This document shows positions 51,633 to 61,732 of a stretch of 64,000 nucleotides of DNA, in pieces. Within the stretch, counting starts at the first letter, position 1, and the number at the start of each line of letters is the position of its first letter. The stretch is taken from positions 1-64,000 of the forward strand of contig KZ538419.1 of the NCBI GenBank assembly GCA_000934665.2, read 5' to 3'. This DNA comes from Catajapyx aquilonaris. Its lineage: Eukaryota. The position numbers and the translations under genes are program-made. The notes beneath the pieces were generated by a model. It was not told the origin of the DNA. It did not search any database and saw nothing but the letters and a program-made list of their open reading frames with translations.

Positions 51633-52216
51633 CTGAAATATACATTTTTATTAAAAAGTGACCAATGTTATTTAATTGGTACTGTATGTTGCGCCAATTG
51701 AAGTGTCCTTATACGCTTATTAGACAAACTTGTTTGGTGTAATATTAATCACTACAACATGTTGTCATGAATGTTAGAAATGTGTCAGAGAACCTACCAT
51801 TCTCTAAATTAGACGACTTTGAAGCAGAAGGATAAACGTTGCAGAACACAGCTCACACGTGTTAATCCGTTGCTCTCTCCTCAGTGCACACGTCTCATGT
51901 AACCAGCTGGAGCATTGCTGTCACTGTACTTATATTGTATCGATACATGCAAGGCAATAAATACTGAAAAAAGCTGCATCTTCAACAAGCCTTAATCTTG
52001 AATTAAAATGGAATTTGCTGTACAATTCTTACAATGATATCAACAATAATGCATTCATACTTTAAATGAGCATATTATAATTTCAGTGCTATGAAAAGAA
52101 CCTGTGTAAAGCTCCTCCAAGTATTTGCAACCGAATTTGAATATGAGTGAACACTGTGTGACGCCAGGTTTACAATATTACAAAAAAAAGGTCCGTCAAT
52201 AATATTTTCCCTTGAC

Positions 52217-52339
52217 CCGATTGCACCAACGAAATTGCAGATTCGATAGCTCCTAACAGATCGTTAGGACACTCTTTTAAACATGTGCTAACGATCTCTT
52301 AGGAGCTATCGAATCGGTAATTTCGTTGGTGTAATCAGG
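52217..52339. mobile_element. Hairpin MITE-like inverted repeat
   Basis: GATTGCACCAACGAAATTGCAGATTCGATAGCTCCTAA...TTAGGAGCTATCGAATCGGTAATTTCGTTGGTGTAATC. Confidence 0.75.
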
Positions 52340-52472
52340 CATCATATTTTAATACTGTATATTCATAGGCTCATATTTAAGTTTCATTTGAAGTTTGGAA
52401 AACATGATGAGAGTAGTATGTTTTAGACCCATAACTACAATAAATAATGCATAATCGTAATCAACTATCGAG

Positions 52473-53623
52473 CTAAAAATATTCTTTCGACGTTCCAAAC
52501 ACAAATTGGCAGTATTTTTTCGCCAGAACATTGTACGCTGTTGGTGTTTTCTTATAGTTAAAAATATCGTAATTAAGCTTGTTCCATAAGTGCACTGCAT
52601 AGCTGTCTCTAACACGTTCCAACGCGTCCTGGGCATACTCTCGCAGGAAGAACTTCCCGTGGTCAGTGTACGGTATCATGTAGAAGTAACTGGGCGGCAG
52701 CAACTTGGGTATGTCTCCAGGGCACTTTTCCTGCCTGAGGTAAGCCCCGACGAGGTCTCTCTCCCAGCACATCTCCTTGATCAATTCAGTGACCAGCATT
52801 GGTCCTGCTGACCCCCATTTTTTGGGAACAAACCTTGACCTGATGCTGCCAATCCATTCCTTCAGGAAAGGGTGTTTTGGCCTCAGTTTGGTCACTGCCA
52901 CGTTTGCAACCAGCGAACTCTCTAGTGCTATACAATCAAGAAGGTCGTCCAGTGGCTTCTGAACCAGGACGTCCGTGTCCAGGTATATCCCTCCGTACAG
53001 GTACAGCAAACTTGCTCTGACTGCATCGCTCAGGTGTGAGTATATATACGGTGGGTACTTTGGCAGCTGCGACTCGTACCATGTGGACAATCCAACCTTT
53101 CCCAAAATGCGCTCAAAATTGGCCTGAAAATAGCATATGCTATTATAAAACCGTTTTTGTATATATGAATCGGTGCAGCAGGCTTACATATCTAAACTTG
53201 ATGTTTGGAAAGCAGTGAAGTATCCTGATGGCATCGCTCCTGATGTCAAGGGTTTCGTTTTGCATGAGAACAAACACTGTCCTGTTCTTCATGGCTCTGG
53301 CTGCTGATTCGATAGAGCATGCGGCTCTTTCTGACACGTCGTTATATCCAGTCGTTTCCAAAAAGAAAACTGAGTTGGCGTCAGTGACATCGCTGTCGTT
53401 GAACCACTTCAGATCTATAAAATTCCCCTCAGGTAATTTGCAGCTGAAATAATTATATGAATTGGAGTAAATCACTCAGGGCCACACATGGATTATTGGC
53501 TGTCATTAATAACCTGGGTGCTGGAATGAGAAGTGAACTTTTTGCAGCTGTTAAATACCATATCAAAATGTAGCACATGCATCCGACGGAAGCTGTTAAA
53601 AGAGTGATCCGCCACACTCTCAT
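52473..53623 (-). CDS. GT32 alpha-1,4-glycosyltransferase, copy G
   Basis: MRVWRITLLTASVGCMCYILIW TM; FFLET..RAACSIESAA, HLSDAVR..GGIYLDTD, WGSAGP, VHLWNK. Confidence 0.92.
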
Positions 53624-54126
53624 TCTCTGAAAAAAAAGTCAAGATATTGCCAATATTTACATTAATAAAACTGTACTTACACGCATTTTCAGCATCACAT
53701 ATTATATGCTCTATATGCGCTTATCCACAAGACAATAATGAGTGTGGGTAGAAAATTGGGGGGAAAAAGCACCTTCCAATGGGTTTTGTTATATTCTCTC
53801 TGCCAACTTTTGCTTTACACAAGTAGTGATAAGTCCAAAGCACTGATAAGGATGGTGATAAAAGCACATATTGATTTACTAAGAATAATATGCGCCCTCA
53901 ATATTATCACACCGCATATTATTTAACCGCGGCATCGTTATGCGAGGAAAACACACATGCCCATCATTTGCGGTCAAAGTATAACACACCTCGTAATTTT
54001 AATAGCGTATTTTAATAATATGACACATAGAGCAACAATTTCTCACAAAGTCATATGAACGTACAAAAAGGGTTCGTTTTGAATAAGAAATAATTTATGC
54101 ACACTTCCCTTGCCAAATACTAACAC

Positions 54127-55368
54127 TTAAAGCTGGTCGCTAAGTGTGAAATAAACCATCGGACAATTATTTTTGGCCAGCCTCTTAAAAGCTGTGTCTC
54201 CTTTCTTCTTGTACAAGACCCCCGATTCTTCCCTGCTGGCCCATGTCTTCATCCCGTAGCAACCTTCGACCTTGTTCATCACCAGGGACGACCTGATGGG
54301 GTCGTATATTGTCCTTCTCTTCTCAAACGAAACTGGAAAAAACATAGCTGGAGGTTGCACTAAAGGAGCATGACTGCAATCGGAATTATGCAGCTGCATC
54401 AGTATTTCCACGTGGCAAACGTCTCTCATGAATTGTGACAACGGGTCCACCGAACTCCTTCGATGAGTCTGATGGGGGAGAAAATATTCATGGTCATGAA
54501 ATGTCCAGCAGTGTTGTTTATTCTCCAGTTATACCTGAAGCCTAGAAGGAAGCTCTCTCAGCATGTTTTCCAGGAAAGTGCTGCTGTCCTGGAATTTCAT
54601 GATTGCGGTGCTGGCCATGTTCCGGGTCTGAAGGACTACAAAATCCGGAAATGTGGAGACGTCGCGGAATAGCAGCATGTCTGAATCCATGGCTATTCCT
54701 CCGTGGTAGTGCAACAGGGCCAGCTTCAATGCGTCTTCTATTCGAGGCAAATCCTTACTATTTTCTTTCATCTCGTTTCTGTACCATTCAGACAGACGAA
54801 TTTTTGAGAAATATCGGTTTGGATCCACCTGTTTCAAGTGTTTGTATTATTTACCTTTCCGCTTCAATTATTATTATTAAGCTTGAACCTAACCTGCCTG
54901 TAGTACACGTTAGGTACAGCAAAAAGCGACAGTGTGGCTTCGTCTTGAAGGTTGATGTCCTTGCTGGTCAAAAGGATAAACACTTTGTAGTGTTCAATTG
55001 CTCTTCCAGCCGATTCAACTGCGCAGGCCATTCTTGGACTTATGAAGTTGTTGCCAGACAAATCAATGAAAAAAATGGATTTACCAAGCGGAACTTCATG
55101 AGACATTAAGGGTCCGTATGACAACATGTCTTCCATCTCAGGTCTCTGTTCTGGGCTAAAATTACAGTTACATTAGCCTATAATGTAGCAACATCATTCT
55201 TGTGTCATATACTCACTATTTTTCTATTTCTTCTCTTATCGCCGTGTTCCGGTCATACTTGCTCCGTCCGTACACAATGAACAGCACTGTCACAAGTCCC
55301 ACGATGCATAACAATTGGACCACATGCTTGACCTTCACACTAGCTTGAATATCCATCCTCCATTTCAT
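54127..55368 (-). CDS. GT32 alpha-1,4-glycosyltransferase, copy H (most divergent, with an extra intron)
   Basis: TM VVQLLCIVGLVTVLFIVY; RMACAVESA, RIEDALK..GGIAMDSD, LAKNNCP. Extra intron at ~54460-54533. Confidence 0.82.
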
Positions 55369-55583
55369 CAGTATGTCACACATTATTCAAACCCTGTTGC
55401 ATGACACAGCACCTTACCGGCGCGGCGTCCAATTGTTATCACCTTGTCAAACACAGGGCGTTGTTGCAAAAGTTGCGTTAATTTGCTCACGGGAGGTAAT
55501 GAATTGTTATCTACAGAGTCGAATAGGCAACGCTTCAAATGTTATCAGTTTGTTCACTGTAATGTGTAAAATTGGATGCTGCA

Positions 55584-55648
55584 CAGGGTGACCCAAAAGT
55601 CTGGACGCATAGGTGTTGGCAGCCAGGACATCAATTTGGGTCACCCTG
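55584..55648. mobile_element. Tiny Tc1/mariner-type MITE
   Basis: ACAGGGTGACCCAAA...TTTGGGTCACCCTGT terminal inverted repeats. Confidence 0.65.
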
Positions 55649-55741
55649 TTTTCTATTTTACTATTTGTAAAAAGTAATAGACAAGTGTGTTTATTTACGT
55701 CATATGTTTTATTAGACGCAATATTTTAGTTCCATTAGTGC

Positions 55742-56341
55742 TCAGCTAATAGAGCAGCATACACTAGTGACTATTGGAACACTCCCTATTGTAGACCTGC
55801 TGATTCCACGGGGACACGGTGCACGAATGAGTATCCTGTCAGAAGTGAGCTGCAAGGTGCTGAGGGGACATCCAGACTCTAAGGTGACCTCTGTGCTGTT
55901 TGACCCTGGCTTGGAGATCACCAGATTAGTGATTGACCTCGGACCAGACGCAGTAACGTTGCTGGAAAAGTTAGCTCCAGTGGTGAACCCATCTGGAAAA
56001 GTGATGGTCATCCTGTCTGCCCCTTGCTTCGCCTTGACCGTGACCTTCGACACCCATCCGCTGACCTTGATCACCACGTCCTTTATGTCACCACTAGCAG
56101 ACAGCTGCACCCTGTCCAACCTCTGTCCATAGTAGAACGTCATATCGGAGCAATCTCCGCCGTGGTACCAAAAATCGGAAACCGCATCATCCGGATACTC
56201 AACACCCGTCTGGATCTCCAGCTGGACATCATTGACCTCACCTCTGGCCACGATGGACACATGAGGGACATCACCCTCCACCACATACTGGCAGCCACTA
56301 ATATCACTTGCAACGAACATACCCAGCTTATGCCCCGCCAT
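55742..56341 (-). CDS. Intronless 199-aa protein of unknown family, beta-strand-repeat rich, C-terminal CaaX (CCSIS)
   Basis: Long GC-elevated ORF from ATG to TGA with repeated alternating-hydrophobic strands. Ends VCCSIS*. Confidence 0.65.
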   Translation of the reverse strand: MAGHKLGMFVASDISGCQYVVEGDVPHVSIVARGEVNDVQLEIQTGVEYPDDAVSDFWYHGGDCSDMTFYYGQRLDRVQLSASGDIKDVVIKVSGWVSKVTVKAKQGADRMTITFPDGFTTGANFSSNVTASGPRSITNLVISKPGSNSTEVTLESGCPLSTLQLTSDRILIRAPCPRGISRSTIGSVPIVTSVCCSIS

Positions 56342-56469
56342 GTTCTAATCAGTTGCTTCGAAACCAAATTTTTCAAAAAACGACCGCCAAAAACTGTTGG
56401 CAACGGAATTCAGTGTTGCCAATCTTAATCCTTTTTTCCGCCAGATGTCAGGTCGGTCGCCTTTTTCCT

Positions 56470-56670
56470 TAGTTCCAAAATGGCGTCGAATGGATCCCGA
56501 TCGGAACTTCTTGTCTCCAGAGAAGACACGCAACTCCGCTGAGGTCCGCTTCCTTCCCCCTCTTCACCCCGTTGCCCTTTGACCCTTTGGACACACACCT
56601 CTGGATCACCCGCCACCACACACCGCATAGAGGGAAGGAATGTGAACATGTGACCTCCTGACCCCCTCAG
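56470..56670 (+). promoter_or_regulatory. Probable 5' UTR exon / TSS region of the zDHHC gene
   Basis: CAAAATGGCG motif at ~56476, GC-rich stretch, donor CAG|GTGAGT at 56670. Start position approximate. Confidence 0.5.
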
Positions 56671-57545
56671 GTGAGTACGCACCAGGCCTAGTTCCATTTA
56701 GAATAATTCATTCCAACCTCAATTTAATTTAATTTTAATAAACAAGCAAAAATAATGAACAAGTACTTGCTAATTACTGCTCAATCTTTTATTACGTTCA
56801 CATGACAAGCGACGGCACAATAATGTTTCGCAATGGAACGGCTATTAGCTGTGCAAATATTAATTGATGATAATTACACTGCTGGTGTGTGGCGGATAAT
56901 TGTAAAAATTAATTTCCAGTGTGGTCGTCAGTAGGCTTAGGAAACGCATCACTTTCACTTGTGGCTGTTCAAAACTATTGCAGAGAGACAATTAAAGTAG
57001 GTCGATTGCAGAAATTATTGGGCGGTAAAGTTCGTAAAGAAAACAGTACATCATAATGAGAAACGTTAACTAGTCGCTGGAATTATGACGTAATGTAATT
57101 ATGTGGTAGCCTCGCACGTTTGTTAATTTAAATTGAAGTGTGTACGTTGTATAAAGTAATAAGGTCCAAGCACTACCCGGATTTAAATTGAAACTACACT
57201 AATCGCAAGGGTTCATTATGGGTTGCGCCATTTTATATTTTCCGATCACGGATGTTGGATTGAGCGTACGGCTTTAGTGACTTGCAGTTGCTGTTTTCCT
57301 GCCGAGAAAGATAAATTTGGTGTGGATAGCTTATCTTGTTGTGATAAATGGTTATTCACACCTGGAAGCGTGCCAGTATTTTTTTTTTAGGCGTTTCAAA
57401 ATTCAAGTGGTGAGTCATCATGGTTTCCAAAATATAGGAGATGAGTCACCTTGACAAAGGTCACATAAATTCCTTAATATTCTATAAATAGTGATGGAGG
57501 CTGCAAACATTACAGTATGTGAATGTTGCAAAAAGTAATTAAAGT

Positions 57546-57695
57546 CGTGTTTGACAGCATATAAGACGCACCCGCATTTTTCAGCAGATCGTCAGGGAAA
57601 AAAAGGCTTTTAATGTATTTTTGCATATTAGACGCAGGGCGATTCTTTGTGCAATTTTTTGCGGGACAAGTGCGTCTTATATGCTGTCAAATACA
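57546..57695. mobile_element. Pogo/Tigger-like MITE
   Basis: TTTGACAGCATATAAGACGCAC...GTGCGTCTTATATGCTGTCAAA terminal inverted repeats. Confidence 0.7.
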
Positions 57696-58108
57696 GTGTA
57701 AGTGGTTGACAGCTTACATCACTTTGTGCCAGATGTTCCTTTATGACAGGTTCAATCAACCTAATCACCATGTCAGTTATGTCAACAGACTCCACAAATT
57801 ATCTTTTCTTTGTTCATTTTTTTGGGGGGGTATCATTTGAGTCGGTGTATAAACTTTATTGCGCCACATTACAGGTAGTGCTGCATTATTGGTCGACAAT
57901 TTGGCCGATGTCATGATACATTACGTCAACAAAATAGTTGCATTTATTAATTTAACTAATATTATTCATTGCAGCACAAGACTTTTTAAGCCACAACTGG
58001 ACACGCGCATGTCCTATCCAAATAAGTTACCAAAACGAGTCCAAGATATCCGAAATCTTGGGCCCTTTGCCAGCCCCAGGGCCAGCCCCAGGGCCTGACT
58101 CAGGGCCA

Positions 58109-61100
58109 ATGGTGAAGGCCCCTGACTACCTGCCTGTCAACAGTGTCACCGTGGGTGACTTTGAGTCTCCCCCAGGTGACAGCAAGGAAGAGGAGGAGGA
58201 GGAGGAGGAAGCGCTAGAGATCAAAGAGGAGGAAGGAAGCGGAGACACAAAGGCGGAGAAGAAGCGAAAAGGGAGGACGAAACACAAGCCTCCGAAGATG
58301 GCTGGATCTCACATGAGACGCAAGTGGGAGGTGTTTCCAGGGCGGAACAGGTTTTACTGTAACGGCAGGATCATGATGGCCAGGCAAACTGGAGTCTTCT
58401 ACATAACTCTTGGACTCATAGTCGGGACCAGCGTGCTCTTCTTCGCGTTCGAGTACGTACCTGATTTTACCCCGGTCATCCTCACCTTTCAATTCCGCCG
58501 GTTCAATGATTGGAAAGTCTCATCGCAACGAATAGTGGCCCAGTTGTGATTAACAAGAAGTGTCAGAATTAGCATTCAGGAGATGTTATGCATTGCATAA
58601 TTGGTCTGGTTACGCAGGTTCATAGTTTCAAGGCTTTGCATGCCTGTTAGCTTTATAAAAAGATGTGAGCTCTTCTTACTGCCCCTACGACACTAGTTTT
58701 GATCAGTTGCTACACATGTCGGCGTCACTTCAGTATGAAGTTACGATATATATTTTTACAATTCTGATTAATACTTTTGCATTTGTTCAAGGTTGAATGT
58801 AGTGCTTATGCAGTCATGTTTTTAAGCTTGAGTGTAACTTGGCAGGAAACCAGCTTTTCCTGAAACACGGATGTGGTTCGTCTGATAATGGCACACATAT
58901 ATGCGGAGCACACGTGCGGGAGATGGGATACGAGTCATGTTTACCTCATGCACAGTACATCGTTAGCTGCCTCGGTTCATTACCAGTCACTTCCGTTAAC
59001 GACTGAGTTTCCTAGCCGTCTGACTGATAAGATAGGGATGAGCAAATAGAATTGATAGAAAACAGAATATGAATGGAATGGATTGTTGAGAAGCGAATGT
59101 TTTATGACTTCCGTTTATTAAATTCAAATAAACACTGGTTGGAGGGGGCATCTGGAAAGGTATTGCTAAACGCAGCTTTCACTCTCAGTTTGTGTATTTA
59201 TAAAAGCAGAAGCCCAACTCCTGTTTAGTCAGGGGATGGCTTTTTTTTTTTTCTGTCTTTTGCTGCAACGTGTCAGGATTGACATGTACCGGATGAGACA
59301 ATACGACAACCTTTGGAACAAGTATATTTTGAGCTGCACGTTGCAAAACTGACACTCGTAAAACCCTCGAACCAGATCAATTTTTATTCATTCATGCAAC
59401 ATATTGATGTTGATGTTATGTCACCGACTGCGTGTTGCTTTGGAATGTGTCTTCAACCTAAATTAATTATCGCTGGGTGCCCTATCTTCAAAGACGTGGC
59501 CCGAACCAACGGATAAGATTTGTGCTAGTTGAATTTGGACCAAATTTTTTTGAAAGGTGCTGTTATCGAATAAACCGATGTTGCGAGCTCTTAACTGTTA
59601 GCTCTATTGTTGATTGTCATTGTCCAACGTCGGCGCTATTATTGTTGAAATATTTGGCACATTTTGATCCTCTTTCAATTTGACCTAGTTGATCTCAATA
59701 ATTATTACTGATTTTATGTCAGCTCACTACATCTTGTTTGGATTTGTTGTGATCTAGACGGGTTTTTTGTTTTCTTTCCGCAGCTGCCCATTTTTGGCGG
59801 TGGAGCTGACTCCGGCCATCCCAATCCTTGGGGCGGTCCTCTTCATCTTTGTAATTGCTGCCCTCCTCAGGACCAGCTTCAGTGACCCTGGCGTCATACC
59901 GAGGGCCACTCTAGAAGAGGCAGCTGACATTGAGAAACAAATTGGCAAGTACCTCGGCCTTTCAATTGAAGGTAAATTGTGACTCCATTGCCTAACTGCG
60001 TGGGTGGGCCATCTTTCCCAGCAGAGGTCCCCAACAGTGCCAACTCCCCAACTTACCGCCCCCCTCCAAGGACCAAGGAGATTGTCGTGAGGGGACAAAC
60101 GGTGAAGCTGAAGTATTGTTTTACCTGCAGGATCTTCAGGCCACCTAGGGCCTCGCATTGCAGCATTTGTGATAATTGTGTTGGTGAGTTGCCGTTGCGT
60201 TTGGTGATGCGGTTGCAGTCGTATTAATCCGATCCTCTTTCCAGATCGGTTTGACCACCATTGCCCGTGGGTAGGCAACTGTGTGGGACGCCGCAACTAC
60301 CGGTACTTCTACATGTTCATAGTTTCACTAGCCTTCCTCTGCGTCTTCATCTTTTCATGTTCCGTTACTCATCTAATTTTATGTGAGTCGAGTTGATTGC
60401 CGGAGGAAATGGACTGGAAATGCTCAAGGCGATTGTATTATTGCAGTAACCCACGACGACAGGCTCTTCCTCGATGCTCTCCGGGACTCTCCGGCCAGCG
60501 CCATAGTGGGCGTGGTTTGCTTCTTCAGCATTTGGAGCATACTAGGATTGGCTGGATTTCACACATACCTCACCACATCTAACCAGACAACCAATGAAGA
60601 CGTGAGTCACACACACTTTGAGTTATCGCTGTCCCTTCACACAACAAGTTATTTAATTACTGGTCTTGTTGACGTGGCTGTCATAATTTCTCTCTCTTAC
60701 ATGAATGGACCAATTCGTAATTGCCTTTCTCGTATTTTCAGATTAAAGGCTCGTTTAGCAGCCGTAGAAGCCAGGAGAATTACAACCCCTACAGTGAAGG
60801 GAATATTTGCAGCAACTGCATGATGGTGCTTTGTGGTCCTCTGCCTCCCAGTCTCATAGGTATGCTCCATTCATTCTTCACAATCGGGAAGTCCTTAATT
60901 TGTGAATGGGGAACCACGTTATTTGTCAACCAGATGTAGACTTAATCTGTTCAGCCTGAAATAGCTTAAGATTGTAAGTCATGTTTTTTATCAAGAATTA
61001 TGTTGCTGGAGGTCCCGTAAACTATGTTGGATTGCATTCCGAAGTAGATTTGTCGAGCATGTCCATTGTTGATTTCCAGACAGGAGAGGTCTGGTGACCC

Positions 61101-61732
61101 CTGAGTATGCGGCTGCTCTTGCCAAAGCCTCTGAGGACAGAGACACCGTGATTGCGAATAGCAAAACCTACGGAACAGTCAGGACGTCTCAGCCTATGGT
61201 GAGTAAATGACACTTGGCACAATCCCGCATTCTCTCCTTTTCCCTTGGTCCTTTAGCTGACCCATCCTTCACCAGTGACCTCAAGGAACCTATTCAGTCC
61301 AGGTGGTTTCTTCCCATGCTGTTTTCCTGCGGATACGACTAGTGAAATGCGCTTGTAGTGTTGATCTGGTGACGTCTTCCATTGTTGGTTGGTTCTTCAG
61401 TGTTTCGCTGCATGCAAGTGTTTTCTAACTAAATCCCTCGCTTCCAGAATGGTGTCCCAAATCATTCTGGGGACATGACTGCCCCGAATGGTCACCATCC
61501 TGTAGGGGGCGGTGGACTGGTAGGTCCGCCTCCCCTCCATCCGCACACCATGCCCAGGAAGAAGGCATCGTCGTCTTCGTCGTCATCTTCGTCAGATGGT
61601 GGGTACCACACTTTCAGCCCGGGTCAGAGGTATCACTTCTCACCCAACGGGGGGCCTTATCAGCACGGGGATGGGATCGCAGACGTTTGTCTTGGGGGTT
61701 ACCTCAACCCCATCGACCAGGGGGATATTTGA
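58109..61732 (+). CDS. DHHC palmitoyltransferase, ZDHHC9/14/18 (Erf2/approximated) subfamily
   Basis: Exons 58109-58452, 59783-59944, 60025-60184, 60245-60382, 60448-60601, 60742-60859, 61080-61198 and 61448-61732. [81 protein letters not shown]. Start could instead be the later ATG of MAGSHM. Confidence 0.95.

Noticed and set aside
5135..55368. Cluster as a bacterial operon, contaminant or recent horizontal transfer
   Set aside because: The genes have spliceosomal introns and type II TM anchors, lie on both strands and belong to metazoan-type subfamilies.
58109..61732. zDHHC gene as GABPI, the DHHC-related pilot protein of Drosophila beta4GalNAcTB
   Set aside because: It has an intact DHHC motif and ZDHHC9/14/18 signatures ([12 protein letters not shown]). 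It is more likely an ordinary flanking gene; a phylogeny would settle this.
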